From contig JBDQPD010000004.1 in the NCBI GenBank assembly GCA_040260805.1, positions 1 through 64,000 on the forward strand: DNA of 64,000 nt, read 5' to 3'. Source of the stretch: Myxococcota bacterium (GTDB taxonomy: Bacteria > Myxococcota > UBA4151). Shown one piece after another: positions 30,483 to 42,276 of the stretch. Made by a program: the position numbers and the translations under genes. Within the stretch, counting starts at the first letter, position 1, and the number at the start of each line of letters is the position of its first letter. The notes under the pieces were generated by a model. It had not been told where the DNA came from, made no database searches, and was given only the letters and a program-made list of their open reading frames with translations.

Positions 30483-33400
30483 ATGAAAAGAGTTCTATTT
30501 TTAGTCGCTTTATCTGGCTGCGCCTCAGAGCTTCCGGCGCTCGAGACCTCCTCGGTTCGAGTCGCTCAATGCGCCCTCGATAGCGACTGCCCAGTCGATC
30601 GCCCTGCCTGCGTGACGGGGGTGTGTCAGCCCTGCGCAGATGCGCGACACTGCAGCGATCAAGCGCCGGTCTGTTCTGAAAACCAATGCATCGAGTGCTC
30701 GGCACATGATGACTGTCCAGACGGTAAGGCAATATGCCAAGCTCAGCGCTGTATTGACTGCTTAGAGGACCTCCATTGCGGCGATGAAACGCCAGTTTGC
30801 GTGGAACAGCAATGTGTCGACTGCCGATCCAACTCCGACTGCCCTCTCGATCGCGGCGTATGCTCTGACAATCGCTGTATTTTAGACCCCGATGGTCGCA
30901 GCGCTTGGGACCATATCGGAACCGTTCTCCCTGGAGCCACACGCGTACATGGTGTCGAACTCGGTCACGAACTGAATCTTCTTCACATGGAGCGGCTTAG
31001 AGGTCGCCAATGGACAGTCGGTGTGATCGAAGGTCAGACCCAACTCAACTGGGGGGTGCTTCAAGACGCTCAAGGCCGGCGAATAGCGCTCCACAACTCA
31101 GGGCTTATTGTCGTAGAGCCGGCGGAGACAGACCCCTCACTTTGGCTGCCTGAGTTTGAAGACGTTCGTGATCATGGGCCAGGGATTCGCCGAGACCGTC
31201 GCGGCGTCTTTGGGTACGATCTGCTCCACGACCTCATCATCGACCTAGCGCACTTTGGACTCTTCGACAGCAACACCCCGGTCAAAGACCTTAACTCGAG
31301 CCGTCATCGCTTTATCAATGGTTCCAATCGCTACATCTTAGTGGATGACATCCTCTACGGTAAAGCAGCGGGCTTGAATCGCGATCTGACTCAAACGGCG
31401 CTCGCGGACCTCAAGTCTCGCTATTGGCCTGAGCCGACCGTGACCTCAGGAAACACCTACCGAACCAGCTACGAACGCAACCTCAGCGTTAGGCTTAACG
31501 GACCGAGTCAGCTCAAAGTGACGACGATCCACCAGGAGCTCATCGCTGTCTACCCGGCCGAACTGCCCGACGACGCCGCCTTTTGCGAAGCCCAAATCAG
31601 CGTTCAAATCAACGGCAACACCCCTCAGACCGAAACCGTCGAGTTGGCGGCCGGTGAGCACTCGATACAGCTGCTCGCTCGATCGTCTGACGCCGAGGAC
31701 TGTCAAACTCAGCTCGGGCCGTTGACCTCTGCCAAACACCCGCCTTCGTGGTGGCGGTTGGTCATCGAGAGCGATGATGAAATTGAGCTGTTGGGCTGGG
31801 ATTACGGTCCGATCACTCGAGCAAGCTTCAACCAGAATCATCGACCGACTAGCCTATCCTTGCTGGCGGGTGATCTGAGCGATCAAGACGGTGATCACTG
31901 GCCGGATGCCAGCGACTTGTGTCCAGAGATTAAAGACGAACAACTCGACGGCGATCAGGACGGTATCGGCAACCGGTGTGATGGTGTGATGAGTCTGGAG
32001 CGCGTGTCCGAAAACACGGTGGCTGCATGGAACCAAAATGATGAAGAATTGTTCCGGACCGAAGCGAGTGAGTATGCTGATATCTTTACCGCGTTGGTCG
32101 TTGAACCCAAACCGTTCGCGCACCTCGACGACATCAACGGTTTGGCATCCGAACAGGCACTGATTATCAAACCCAGCCGAGATCGCCCGGTACAAGTTTT
32201 TGATTCGAGCGGGGCGGTCATCTTTGAGGCGCTCGAAGGAGAGGGTATCAGACTGCAAGGGGTGTCCTCCGATGGTTTCAGGCTCGGATTAATGGGGTAT
32301 TCGCAGACTCCAATCTCCCCGATGAGTGAAACGAGGACCCTGTTTTCAATCTCGAACATCGGGCTTGGATCCACTCGGAAAACGAGATCGTTTTTCATGC
32401 GCTCAAAGCGGGGTAAATTTGTTTTGGTTCCGCGCAGCAGCGTCGCCTCACCGCTCCTCCGAGCCGAACTAAGCAGGCGTTTCATAAATGAACCGATGAT
32501 GACGATCGCAACGACACAGAAAATGGTCCCTATTCACGTCTCTCGGCTGGCTCAGTCGCTACTCCCGGGTTTCAATGGGACCTGTACGTCCGACGCTCAA
32601 TGCGTAGGCGGTTCGTGTGGTGAGTGGCGCTGTACGATCGGCGGTGTTTACGACCATTGCGAGGGCAGCGAAGAGACCATTAATAGCTTTTGCTACCCCA
32701 ACTCGGATCGAGGGTACTGTATTGACCGCTCCGGTAGTTGGTACCGCCCGAGCTCATTTAGAGCCTGTGCTCATGAGCGCACCGCCTGCGAAACCTCAAC
32801 AGAGTGCGCCGGAGGCGACCTGTGCGTTATGGGGCGCTGCAAGTCGACGTGCACTGAATCAGAGGACTGCGCTCAAGACGAAGTCTGCATGGGGGCGATG
32901 GCGCCTATGCTTGGAGAGCTCGGAGTCTGCGCTTCCTCTGTTGCAGACCCAAACTGTGAAGCGTCAGAGCGATGCTATGCGGCGAGTGACGTCGCCTTCG
33001 ATCTGTCCGGACAGATGTATCTCAGGAGCCTTCAGATTCAGGGGAACACCGCGCCAAAGACGACGATTAACGCCTTGCTGATCATCAATCTACTTGAGAG
33101 CGCCATGCAAAACGGAGGCAGCGAGAATAGTTTTGGCGAATTTGGCTGGTGCCTACCGGAATTGACCGGGTCGAATCAAAACAGTCTCTCCGAGAGCCAG
33201 TCTCGAACCAAACTGCGTCAGATTTTCGACAACCAAACGCCTTGGAACGAACTGTTCACACTGGGTCAGTTCACAGGGTCGATTAACACCTACACAAACC
33301 TTTGGGGCTTCAACCACGCCTGGAGTCATCAGTGCGAGACCTTGTACTCGAAATGGCAGGCTACCTTTCCCGATAGCCTGATACCGCAAAGCATCGAAAT

Positions 33401-33542
33401 GGTGGACATTGACGGCGACGAGATCGAAGAATTCAGAGTAGGCTTCAGCATCAACCCAAACCAAGCTGGCGATGCGACGACGTCGACTTGGCGGTGTTAT
33501 AATGTCTTCGGCGAGCAGCTCACCGGCAACTGCACACCCTAG
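30483..33542 (+). CDS. Large Cys-rich lipoprotein with thrombospondin type 3-like repeat (paralog B)
   Basis: MKRVLFLVALSG-C lipobox; five C-x4-H/D-C-x5-C-x4-C modules; DQDGDHWPDASDLCPE...DGIGNRCD. Confidence 0.82.
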   Translation: MKRVLFLVALSGCASELPALETSSVRVAQCALDSDCPVDRPACVTGVCQPCADARHCSDQAPVCSENQCIECSAHDDCPDGKAICQAQRCIDCLEDLHCGDETPVCVEQQCVDCRSNSDCPLDRGVCSDNRCILDPDGRSAWDHIGTVLPGATRVHGVELGHELNLLHMERLRGRQWTVGVIEGQTQLNWGVLQDAQGRRIALHNSGLIVVEPAETDPSLWLPEFEDVRDHGPGIRRDRRGVFGYDLLHDLIIDLAHFGLFDSNTPVKDLNSSRHRFINGSNRYILVDDILYGKAAGLNRDLTQTALADLKSRYWPEPTVTSGNTYRTSYERNLSVRLNGPSQLKVTTIHQELIAVYPAELPDDAAFCEAQISVQINGNTPQTETVELAAGEHSIQLLARSSDAEDCQTQLGPLTSAKHPPSWWRLVIESDDEIELLGWDYGPITRASFNQNHRPTSLSLLAGDLSDQDGDHWPDASDLCPEIKDEQLDGDQDGIGNRCDGVMSLERVSENTVAAWNQNDEELFRTEASEYADIFTALVVEPKPFAHLDDINGLASEQALIIKPSRDRPVQVFDSSGAVIFEALEGEGIRLQGVSSDGFRLGLMGYSQTPISPMSETRTLFSISNIGLGSTRKTRSFFMRSKRGKFVLVPRSSVASPLLRAELSRRFINEPMMTIATTQKMVPIHVSRLAQSLLPGFNGTCTSDAQCVGGSCGEWRCTIGGVYDHCEGSEETINSFCYPNSDRGYCIDRSGSWYRPSSFRACAHERTACETSTECAGGDLCVMGRCKSTCTESEDCAQDEVCMGAMAPMLGELGVCASSVADPNCEASERCYAASDVAFDLSGQMYLRSLQIQGNTAPKTTINALLIINLLESAMQNGGSENSFGEFGWCLPELTGSNQNSLSESQSRTKLRQIFDNQTPWNELFTLGQFTGSINTYTNLWGFNHAWSHQCETLYSKWQATFPDSLIPQSIEMVDIDGDEIEEFRVGFSINPNQAGDATTSTWRCYNVFGEQLTGNCTP

Positions 33543-35368
33543 GCTTTAGGGCTCGACTTCGCCGCAATCCGCCGCTCAAACTCTTTGAGGTGACGCTTGC
33601 GAATACGCAACGCAGTGGGTGTGACTTCCAGAAGTTCATCTTCATCGAGGAACTCAAGGCATTGCTCTAAGCTGTAATCAAGCGGTGGGGTCAGGATCAC
33701 GTTCTCATCGCTGCCCGCAGCGCGCACGTTGGTGAGCTGTTTGCCCTTGAGTGGGTTGACCACGAGGTCGTTGTCTCGAATGTGAATGCCGATCACCATG
33801 CCCTCGTAGACTTCTTCACCTGGGCCGACGAACATCGCGCCCCGGTTTTGCAAGTTGAACAGCGCGTAGGCGATCGCCTTGCCTGCGCCATTGGCGATCA
33901 AGACGCCACGGTGACGACCGCCAAGCTGGGCGTCGACTTTGGGCTTATAGGCTTCAAAGACGCGGTGCATCAGCCCGGTGCCGCGGGTCATGGTCAGAAA
34001 TTCGGTCTGAAAACCCAGCAAGCCGCGCGTGGGGATCGCATACACGACCCGCAAACGACCGGAGCCATCAGGGACCATATCCTGAAGCTCACCCTTGCGC
34101 AGCCCGAGGCTCTCCATAACCGGACCTTGATAGTTCTCATCAAAATCACAGACCAGACGCTCCCAAGGCTCATTGACCACCCCATCGATGGTCTTGTTGA
34201 TCACCTGAGGGCGCCCCACAGCGAGCTCATAGCCTTCTCGGCGCATGGTCTCGATCAGCACCGCCAAATGCAGCTCACCGCGCCCACAGACGGTCCAGCG
34301 CTCCGCTTTGTCGGTGTCTTCTACCCGCAGCGCCACGTTATGCAGCAGCTCGGTGTCTAAGCGCTCACGAATCTGGCGCGAGGTGACAAACTTTCCATCA
34401 CGCCCCGCCAGCGGCGAGGTGTTGATCTCAAAGCTCATATTGACCGTGGGTTGATCGACACGAAGCGCAGGCAGCGCCTCTTCTTGGCCGACCGCACAGA
34501 TGGTATCCGAGATGCGTAAGGCGCCTAAGCCGGTGATCGAAACGATCGCGCCGGCGCTCGCCGAATCCACAGCGACCCGCTCAAGCCCGTGGTAATTTTG
34601 AACCTCAAGGACCTTGCCTTTACGCACCGAGCCGTCCGCGCCAACGATACTGACTTGCTGCCGAGGAGCGATGCTCCCGCGGTGGATACGTCCCACGCCA
34701 ATGACGCCCGTGAAGCTGGTGTAGCCGAGCGACGAGACCTGCATCTGTAAGGGGCCATCGGTGTCGACTTTGGGCGCAGGCACGTGATCGATCAAGGCAT
34801 CGAGCAAGGGCGTCATATCCTCACCGAGCTCATCGATCTCTAAGCCCGCATATCCGTTCAAGGCTGAGGCGTAGATTGTCAGAAACTCGAGCTGGTCGTC
34901 AGTGGCGCCCAAACGATCAAATAATTCAAAAGTCTCATCGAGCACCTCGTGCGGACGAGCGCCCGGACGGTCGACCTTATTGATCACCACGATCGGCTTA
35001 AGCCCGAGGTCAAAAGCTTTGCGGGTCACAAAGCGAGTCTGCGGCATCGGGCCGTCGACCGCGTCGACCAAAAGCAGCACCGAATCGACCATACTCAAAA
35101 CCCGCTCAACCTCACCCCCGAAGTCGGCGTGTCCAGGCGTATCGACGATGTTGATCTGATGATCTTTCCAGCGGATCGCCGTGTTTTTAGACAAAATGGT
35201 GATCCCGCGCTCGCGCTCGAGATCGTTCGAATCCATGATCCGCTCACCGTGATCTTTACGCACGTCGATGGTCCCCGACTGAGCGAGGAGCTTGTCGACC
35301 AAGGTGGTCTTACCATGGTCAACGTGAGCGATGATCGCCACGTTGCGAAGTTGGTTGTGAGGACTCAT
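33539..35368 (-). CDS. typA: Translational GTPase TypA/BipA
   Basis: [55 protein letters not shown]. Confidence 0.99.
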   Translation of the reverse strand: MSPHNQLRNVAIIAHVDHGKTTLVDKLLAQSGTIDVRKDHGERIMDSNDLERERGITILSKNTAIRWKDHQINIVDTPGHADFGGEVERVLSMVDSVLLLVDAVDGPMPQTRFVTRKAFDLGLKPIVVINKVDRPGARPHEVLDETFELFDRLGATDDQLEFLTIYASALNGYAGLEIDELGEDMTPLLDALIDHVPAPKVDTDGPLQMQVSSLGYTSFTGVIGVGRIHRGSIAPRQQVSIVGADGSVRKGKVLEVQNYHGLERVAVDSASAGAIVSITGLGALRISDTICAVGQEEALPALRVDQPTVNMSFEINTSPLAGRDGKFVTSRQIRERLDTELLHNVALRVEDTDKAERWTVCGRGELHLAVLIETMRREGYELAVGRPQVINKTIDGVVNEPWERLVCDFDENYQGPVMESLGLRKGELQDMVPDGSGRLRVVYAIPTRGLLGFQTEFLTMTRGTGLMHRVFEAYKPKVDAQLGGRHRGVLIANGAGKAIAYALFNLQNRGAMFVGPGEEVYEGMVIGIHIRDNDLVVNPLKGKQLTNVRAAGSDENVILTPPLDYSLEQCLEFLDEDELLEVTPTALRIRKRHLKEFERRIAAKSSPKA

Positions 35369-35441
35369 GACATCACCCCTTGGAAAGGAGGCGCCTCTAA
35401 ACACGTTCCACGCCCGCTGTCATGCGCCAAGCGACGCAGGC

Positions 35442-35474
35442 AAAAAACGAAACAGGGGCGGTCACCCGCCCCTG
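35442..35474 (-). terminator. Intrinsic terminator after nqrF
   Basis: Minus strand CAGGGGCGG-GTGA-CCGCCCCTG followed by TTTCGTTTTTT. Confidence 0.8.
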
Positions 35475-35500
35475 CTTAAACATCCGATGATCAATAGCGC

Positions 35501-36727
35501 TTAGCCACCAAAGTCATCGAAGCGAATCATCTCATCATCGACGCCCATTTCGTCGAGCATCCTAAAGACCGCCTCGTTCATCATCGGCGGACCACAAAGG
35601 TAATACTCAATGTCTTCAGGCGCATCGTGCTTCATCAGATAGTTGTCCTGAAGGACTTGATGGATGAAGCCCTCATAGCCCTCCCAATCGTCCTCAGGCA
35701 GCGCGTTCGACAGCGCGACGTGATATTTGAAGTTCGGGAAGTCGCTCTCAATGTCCTTGAACTGATCATCGTAGAACATCTCACGGCGAGACCGAGCACC
35801 ATACCAGAAGCTGACCTTGCGGTCGGTCTTTTGCGTATGGAAGAGGTCAAAGAGGTGAGAGCGCATCGGCGCCATGCCCGCACCACCGCCGATGAAGCAC
35901 ATCTCACGCTGTGTCTTTTGCTGGAAGAACTCACCGTAGGGGCCTGAGACATACACCTCGTCGCCCGGCTTGAGATCAAAGATGTAACTTGAGGCGATCC
36001 CTGGGGGCACATCGTCCTTGCCTGGCGGCGGGGTGGCGATGCGCACATTGAGCATCACGATCTGCCCTTCAGCGGGATGATTCGCCATCGAGTAGGCTCG
36101 GAAGCAGTCCTCGTCGTTGTTGGCGGTGTACTTCCAAAGGTCCCACTTGTCCCAATCCTCGCGGTACTCGTCTTCGACATCAAAGCTCTTGTAGGAGAGC
36201 CCCGCGTACTCGGGGATATCGATCTGGATGTAACCGCCGGCTTCGAACTCGAGCGTATCGCCGTCTTGGATCTCGAGAACGAGCTCTTTGATGAAGGTTG
36301 CGACGTTCTCATTCGAGCGCACTTTGCAGCGGAATTTTTTGATGCCAAAGATCTCGTCGGGGATCCCGATCTTCATGTCTTCTTTGACTTTGACCTGGCA
36401 GGCTAAGCGCCAGTTATCTTTGGCTTCTTTGCGATTGATATGGCCTGCTTCGGTCGGCAGTAAATCACCGCCGCCTTCGAAGATCTGGCACTTGCACATG
36501 GCGCAAGTTCCACCGCCACCACACGCCGAAGGCAGGAAGATTTTCGAGGTCGCCATCGCGGTGAGCAGGTTCGTTCCCGGCGAGACCGGGATCGCGCCTG
36601 CAGAATCGCCATTGATCTCGATGCTCACTTCACCTTGCGCTACCAGCTTCTTCTCAGCTGCTAACAATCCACCTACAATGACCAATACCACCGAGGTAAA
36701 GGCAACGACTGCAATCAGAATTTCCAT
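35501..36727 (-). CDS. nqrF: Na+-NQR subunit F
   Basis: [12 protein letters not shown] 2Fe-2[21 protein letters not shown]-terminal FDDFGG. Confidence 0.98.
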   Translation of the reverse strand: MEILIAVVAFTSVVLVIVGGLLAAEKKLVAQGEVSIEINGDSAGAIPVSPGTNLLTAMATSKIFLPSACGGGGTCAMCKCQIFEGGGDLLPTEAGHINRKEAKDNWRLACQVKVKEDMKIGIPDEIFGIKKFRCKVRSNENVATFIKELVLEIQDGDTLEFEAGGYIQIDIPEYAGLSYKSFDVEDEYREDWDKWDLWKYTANNDEDCFRAYSMANHPAEGQIVMLNVRIATPPPGKDDVPPGIASSYIFDLKPGDEVYVSGPYGEFFQQKTQREMCFIGGGAGMAPMRSHLFDLFHTQKTDRKVSFWYGARSRREMFYDDQFKDIESDFPNFKYHVALSNALPEDDWEGYEGFIHQVLQDNYLMKHDAPEDIEYYLCGPPMMNEAVFRMLDEMGVDDEMIRFDDFGG

Positions 36728-36741
36728 GATCGCCGTCCTTT

Positions 36742-37356
36742 CTAAAGTTGAATGCCAGCGAAGGTCATAAAAGCCATCGCCATCAATCCGGTGAGCAACA
36801 TCGTAATACCTAAGCCTCGCAGACCGTCAGGCACATGCGAGTAGCGCAACTTCTCGCGGATGGCAGCCATCGACACGATCGCAAGGAAGAACCCAGTCCC
36901 TGAACCCAAGCCAAAGACAACCGATTGACCCAAGGTATAATCTCGCTCGGCCATAAACAAGGACGAGCCAAGAATCGCACAGTTCACAGCGATCAAAGGA
37001 AGGAAGATCCCCAAGGCGGTGTAGAGCGCCGGCGAGAACTTATCGATCGCCATCTCCACCAACTGCACCAGCGCCGCGATCACAGCGATGAAGGTGATAA
37101 AGGTCAAGAAGGTTAAGTCGACCTCAGCGAGCGCCGGACTGATCCGTTCGAGCGCGCCGTCATTGAGAATGTAGTTGTAGATGAACCAGTTGGTGGGCGT
37201 TGCGATCACCAACACAAAGATCACCGCAAAGCCTAGCCCGACCGCGGTCGAGACCTTCTTCGACACGGCGAGGAAGGAGCACATGCCAAGGAAGTAGGCG
37301 AGCAAGATGTTCTCGACAAACACCGACTTCACGAAAAGACTCAGATAAGCTTCCAT
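36742..37356 (-). CDS. nqrE: Na+-NQR subunit E
   Basis: [38 protein letters not shown]. Confidence 0.97.
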   Translation of the reverse strand: MEAYLSLFVKSVFVENILLAYFLGMCSFLAVSKKVSTAVGLGFAVIFVLVIATPTNWFIYNYILNDGALERISPALAEVDLTFLTFITFIAVIAALVQLVEMAIDKFSPALYTALGIFLPLIAVNCAILGSSLFMAERDYTLGQSVVFGLGSGTGFFLAIVSMAAIREKLRYSHVPDGLRGLGITMLLTGLMAMAFMTFAGIQL

Positions 37357-37359
37357 GAT

Positions 37360-38007
37360 CTAAGCCTCCACATAACCGCTGTAGGTGCGTTGCGCCCAAA
37401 TCAGCAGTCCCAAGATGATAAAGGCTCCCGGCGCCAACACCATGATACCCATATTACTGTACCCGGCTTCGTAGAGTCCCTGCGGCACAATCTGCAGACC
37501 GAAGACCGTCCCCGAACCGAGCAGTTCTCTACAAAACGCAACGATCATCAAAATCGCTGCGTAGCCGATGCTGTTACCCACTCCATCCACGAACGAAGGC
37601 CAGGGCTTGTTCGCCATAGCGAACGCCTCAGCGCGACCCATGACGATGCAGTTGGTGATGATCAAGCCGACGAACACCGAGAGCTGTTTCGAGATGTCGA
37701 ACAAGAACGCTTTAAGCACTTGATCGACCACGATCACCAAGGTGGCGATCACCGAAAGCATGACCACGATCCGAATCTTAGCCGGGATCATGTTGCGCAT
37801 CAGGGAGATGATGGTGTTGGACATCGACAGCACAAACAACACAGCGAGCGACAACACGAAGGCGGCGTTCATTTGCACGGTCACCGCCAGCGCTGAACAG
37901 ATACCTAGAACCTGGATGGTAATCGGATTGTTCTCGGACAGTGGGTCTTTGAAGGCTTTCTTCTCGGCCTTACCAAAGAGCTCAAATCCTTTAGGGTTTT
38001 CGGTCAT
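37360..38007 (-). CDS. nqrD: Na+-NQR subunit D
   Basis: [43 protein letters not shown]. Confidence 0.97.
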   Translation of the reverse strand: MTENPKGFELFGKAEKKAFKDPLSENNPITIQVLGICSALAVTVQMNAAFVLSLAVLFVLSMSNTIISLMRNMIPAKIRIVVMLSVIATLVIVVDQVLKAFLFDISKQLSVFVGLIITNCIVMGRAEAFAMANKPWPSFVDGVGNSIGYAAILMIVAFCRELLGSGTVFGLQIVPQGLYEAGYSNMGIMVLAPGAFIILGLLIWAQRTYSGYVEA

Positions 38008-38010
38008 GCC

Positions 38011-38745
38011 CTACCCTTTCTGCGCAGCGAAGAAGTCGCTGTAGTTGTCGGTGGCGCGACGAACCAACTCTTGAATCCCATCGCCGGTGATCGTCGCCCC
38101 GCTCATTCCATCAACGCAATGCTGAACCCCACCAAACTTCTGGCAGTTCGGTGCACTCGCCTTGCCCTTAGCTACCCCAAAGACCGACTTGCCCGCCGCA
38201 TTTTTGAGTTGTTTGCCCACGAATTGCGAGGTGAACCATTCCTTCTCACATTCGCCACCCAAGCCGGCCGTTTCGCCGTGCTTGTAAAAGGTGATGCCTT
38301 TGACCGTGTTGAAGTCCTTTTTCAAAGCCAAGAAACCGTAAACCGTCGACCAAAGACCCTTACCTGCGATCGGAACAATGGTGACTTGCTCTGCACCCTT
38401 GCCCACCAGATAAACCGGGCGAAGATTCGACTCCTCATCCGACATTTTGTAGACATCGGCAGCCAGCTGAGCCCCGCTCAAATCAGAGACCGACTGTTCG
38501 ACGTACTTACCGGCTTTCAGATCGACAACCTTTGCGACAACCTTCTCTTTGAAGGTGGCTAAAACCTGCTCTTTTTCGACCATCAAGCCCGCTGCAGCGA
38601 GCACGTTTTTCTTCTTATCGATCTCGATGTTCTTCTCTTTGAGCGGGGCGAGCCCAATCGCTAGGCTCGAAATCGCCAAGGAGCAGACCAAACAGACGCC
38701 TGCGGCAAACCCTAGAACGTATACGGTTCCGTGTCCTTTACGCAT
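38011..38745 (-). CDS. nqrC: Na+-NQR subunit C
   Basis: GKGLWS, HGETAGLGG, VDGMSGATIT FMN-attachment motif. Confidence 0.96.
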   Translation of the reverse strand: MRKGHGTVYVLGFAAGVCLVCSLAISSLAIGLAPLKEKNIEIDKKKNVLAAAGLMVEKEQVLATFKEKVVAKVVDLKAGKYVEQSVSDLSGAQLAADVYKMSDEESNLRPVYLVGKGAEQVTIVPIAGKGLWSTVYGFLALKKDFNTVKGITFYKHGETAGLGGECEKEWFTSQFVGKQLKNAAGKSVFGVAKGKASAPNCQKFGGVQHCVDGMSGATITGDGIQELVRRATDNYSDFFAAQKG

Positions 38746-38753
38746 CGTTCCTC

Positions 38754-40043
38754 CTATGCCGAGGCTGCGGCTAAGCGCAGCTTGCGACGTTTGACGTTCG
38801 CCTGAACCACATAGTGGTCAACAAGCGGAGCAAACACATTCATGAACAGGATCGCCAGCATCATACCTTCTGGATAGGCTGGGTTGACGACGCGCACGAG
38901 CACCACCAAAACGCCGATTAAGATACCGTAGATCCACTTCCCAGTATCGGTCACGCTCGCCGACACCGGATCGGTCGCCATAAACACGGCGCCAAACGCG
39001 AATCCGCCCATCACCAGATGGTAGTGAGCAGGCAGATGGAACATCGGGTTGCTTCCAGGACCGGCTGCCATCCCAAGGACAAAGCCAGTCGCCAGGGTTC
39101 CGATCACGCAACCGACCATGATGCGCCAGCTCGCCAGACCGATGAGCAACAAGAACGCCGCCCCAAGCAAGATGGTAAAGGTGCTGCCTTCGCCCATTGA
39201 GCCGGGGATCGTACCCCAGAACATCGAGGCAAAGTCATAGGTCACACCGCTGCCTGAAGAGAAGTTATTGAGCGCCTCTAAACCGCCGCCCGCCAGCTCA
39301 CGAGCGTCGCTCGCCGCCGCAACCGCCAGCGGCGTGGCTCCCGAGTAACCGTCCACAGCAGCTGAGCCGCTAGGGATGATGCCTTGCGCAAAGCTCGGGA
39401 CCCCATTGACTGCGCTCCACACCCGCTTGCCGCCGTCGAGTTGGTCGCCCGAAATCGCTGCGGGATAGGTAAAGAATAAGAACGCTCGGGTGGTCAGCGC
39501 AGGGTTCAGAATGTTCATCCCGACCCCACCAAAGACCTCTTTGCCAATGACCACACCAAAGCTGGTGCCGACGACGACCTGCCAAAGCGGAATCGTCGGT
39601 GGTAAGATCAAGGGAATGAGCATACCGGTCACGAGGAAGCCCTCGGAGACCTCTTCCTTGCGAATCGTCGCAAAGAGCACTTCCCACAATCCGCCGGTCG
39701 CAAAGGTTGCCGCGAGAATAGGAAGGAAGTGAAAGGCGCCGCGCAGCACCGCATCAAAAAGGCTGTACTCGACGCCCTCTGCAGCGAGCGCCTGAGCGCC
39801 CGTGTTAAAGATCGCCCAAGCGATGCAAGGCACCAAGGCCACCACGACCGAGAACATCAGGCGCTTTGAGTCCAGCGCGTCTCGTACATGAGGGCCGGCT
39901 TTAGCGGATGCTGTCTTGCCCTGAGTAAACAGGATCGTGTCGTGCATGTCATAAAGGGTGTAGAGTCCTGGGACCTTGCCCAGCTTACCGCCCGGTTTGA
40001 CCAGATCATGGACCTGATCAAGTTGCTGACGAAGGAACTTCAC
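38754..40043 (-). CDS. nqrB: Na+-NQR subunit B
   Basis: HVRDALDSKRLM, KEVFGG, VDGYSGATPL FMN motif, FMATDPVSA, NPAYPEG. Confidence 0.97.
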   Translation of the reverse strand: MKFLRQQLDQVHDLVKPGGKLGKVPGLYTLYDMHDTILFTQGKTASAKAGPHVRDALDSKRLMFSVVVALVPCIAWAIFNTGAQALAAEGVEYSLFDAVLRGAFHFLPILAATFATGGLWEVLFATIRKEEVSEGFLVTGMLIPLILPPTIPLWQVVVGTSFGVVIGKEVFGGVGMNILNPALTTRAFLFFTYPAAISGDQLDGGKRVWSAVNGVPSFAQGIIPSGSAAVDGYSGATPLAVAAASDARELAGGGLEALNNFSSGSGVTYDFASMFWGTIPGSMGEGSTFTILLGAAFLLLIGLASWRIMVGCVIGTLATGFVLGMAAGPGSNPMFHLPAHYHLVMGGFAFGAVFMATDPVSASVTDTGKWIYGILIGVLVVLVRVVNPAYPEGMMLAILFMNVFAPLVDHYVVQANVKRRKLRLAAASA

Positions 40044-41392
40044 GCTGTCTCCTTCTCATACTGCAGCCACCCTTGCTCAAGGATCTGCGAGTAGTTAATC
40101 TTTGAGGGGCAAACCACGGTACACAGAGCGGCTTCCTCGCGGCTCATCTCGAGGAGTCCGAGCGCGAGCATCTCTTCGATGTCTTCGCACAAAATCGCCT
40201 TCATCAAGAAGTTCGGCTCGATATCGCTCGGCACCACTCGGTTGTACGAACCGACAGGGATCAGCGCACGGGGTCCGCCGAATGTATCGGTGGTCATCTT
40301 CATCTTCTTCTTGGGCAGGAAACTGCTGAGGAAGAAGCGATGATTTGAGAACTTGTTACCGCCAGCTGCGAGCCAGCCCAGAAACTCACGCTCGCCGCCC
40401 TCGCGAAGGACCGACAAGGTGTGTCCGCCTGAAGCATAGAACCCATCGGCATCAAGCGTTCGTCCGGTCAAGACGCTGCCACCCACGATGCGCACGTTCT
40501 CGCCGGCTCCGCCGACAGCTTGGAGCAAATCAGCGATCGGCGAACCATTGGTCGCCTCGACGTACTGAGGGCTGCCGACCTCACCGACCACAGCGATGCG
40601 GCTGGTCGTTGGCATCACGCCTGTGCGGAGCAAAGCGCCCATGTCCGCAACATCGATCGCTCGGCAAAACCAGACGCGTTGTTCATTGCCCGGCGGGCAG
40701 ATGAAATTGATCTGAACCTCAGGGTCACCCGATGGGTGCGGCCCCGAAAACCGATGCGTCTGAACCCCGGTGATCCCCGAAAGCGCAGCGGGCATCCCCG
40801 ACGCGCCGTGAGTCAAATGCACCGTCGGTGCCAACTGACCCAGCGCAGCGAAGCCAGCACAGAGGTCTTCCTCTCGGCCCGCAAGCAGGACATTGGGGTC
40901 TGCGCAGTTCGGTCCCGTCTCGCTCGCAGCGACCAAAATCGCCTTGGGCGTGTGCTCAGGGTCAGCGATCCGCGCCAACGGTTTACTGCGCAGCATCAAC
41001 CAAGCGCCGCCGCTCAAGAGGCGTTCTCTCACACCCTGAGCACCCAGCGACGCAATCGCCGAGTCATCGAGCGCTCCATGGTTCACGGATTCGCCAGCGG
41101 CGACTTCAACGACGACCGCTTGAATGCTGCGACGGAGCCCACGCCGGATCTCGACCACCTTACCCGCTGCGGGGCTGACGAACTTCATGTCCGGTCGGAT
41201 CTTCGCGTGTCCCAGGGGGGATCCGGCTTGCACCGTATCACCCTCCTTGACCGCCAGTCGCATTTTGAATCCAGGGTAATCAGGTGGGGTCACCGCCACG
41301 TGCGTCGGCGTCGTCAACGCTTGCACTTCAGAGCCCACAGCTCCGCCGGCAATGGGTAGATCCAACCCAGCTTTTAGGACGAAATCACTCAT
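40040..41392 (-). CDS. nqrA: Na+-NQR subunit A
   Basis: KAGLDLPIAG, VKEGDTVQAG, FSGPHPSG, GSVLTG, ALCTVVCPSK; start after AGGAG at 41392. Confidence 0.94.
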   Translation of the reverse strand: MSDFVLKAGLDLPIAGGAVGSEVQALTTPTHVAVTPPDYPGFKMRLAVKEGDTVQAGSPLGHAKIRPDMKFVSPAAGKVVEIRRGLRRSIQAVVVEVAAGESVNHGALDDSAIASLGAQGVRERLLSGGAWLMLRSKPLARIADPEHTPKAILVAASETGPNCADPNVLLAGREEDLCAGFAALGQLAPTVHLTHGASGMPAALSGITGVQTHRFSGPHPSGDPEVQINFICPPGNEQRVWFCRAIDVADMGALLRTGVMPTTSRIAVVGEVGSPQYVEATNGSPIADLLQAVGGAGENVRIVGGSVLTGRTLDADGFYASGGHTLSVLREGGEREFLGWLAAGGNKFSNHRFFLSSFLPKKKMKMTTDTFGGPRALIPVGSYNRVVPSDIEPNFLMKAILCEDIEEMLALGLLEMSREEAALCTVVCPSKINYSQILEQGWLQYEKETA

Positions 41393-41526
41393 GTCACTCC
41401 TAGAGGGGTATGGGTCCCCCTCGCACGCGCAGACGCGCACTCGACCGCGTGAGGCGGCGCCCCCCATTAGACAGCTTTTGTAGCGCGAACAAGGCCGTCG
41501 AAGCGTTTTCCCGAACGCTGCCGGGT

Positions 41527-42276
41527 TTAGTCGCCCTTAGTGAACCTGTTAAACAGATCAATCGGCACTGGGAACAAGGTGGTTGAGTTGTTCTCCGTAG
41601 CGATTTCACTCAGCGTTTGCAGATAACGCAACTGAATCGTCACGGGGTTTTGCGCCATCAGATCGGCGGCTTCGCGTAATTTCGTTGCGGCCTGCAGTTC
41701 ACCATCAGCATGAATCACTTTGGCGCGCCGTTCGCGCTCGGCCTCAGCCTGTTTCGCCATGGCTCGCTGCATCTCCTGCGGCAGATCGATCTGTTTAACC
41801 TCAACGTTGTTGACCTTGACACCCCAAGGGTCGGTCTCGCGGTCCAGCACGTCTTGGATCGCCGTATTGATCGCCTTGCGCTCGGTCAGCAGGTAATCAA
41901 GTTCGTGCTGACCGCAAATCGACCTCAGCGTGGTCTGAGCCAGCTGCGATGTTGCGTACAAAAAGTGCTCCACCTCAAGGATCGCCTTTCGGGACGAGAC
42001 CACGTGGAAGTACACGACCGCGTTGACTTTGACCGAGACGTTGTCACGGGTGATCACGTCTTGCGTCGGCACATCCATGGTCACCACGCGCAGGTCGACT
42101 TTGACCATGCGGTCGATGCCAAAGGGAATGATCAGGACCAAACCAGGTCCCTTGACGCCGTCAACACATTTACCCAGGCGGAACACGACACCACGCTCGT
42201 ACTCGTTGAGGATACGAACACCGCTCACCAAAGCGATGAGAATGATGCCTAGAAATAATAAAATGGGAACGGTCAT
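41527..42276 (-). CDS. SPFH/stomatin-like (slipin) protein
   Basis: [54 protein letters not shown]. Confidence 0.95.
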   Translation of the reverse strand: MTVPILLFLGIILIALVSGVRILNEYERGVVFRLGKCVDGVKGPGLVLIIPFGIDRMVKVDLRVVTMDVPTQDVITRDNVSVKVNAVVYFHVVSSRKAILEVEHFLYATSQLAQTTLRSICGQHELDYLLTERKAINTAIQDVLDRETDPWGVKVNNVEVKQIDLPQEMQRAMAKQAEAERERRAKVIHADGELQAATKLREAADLMAQNPVTIQLRYLQTLSEIATENNSTTLFPVPIDLFNRFTKGD

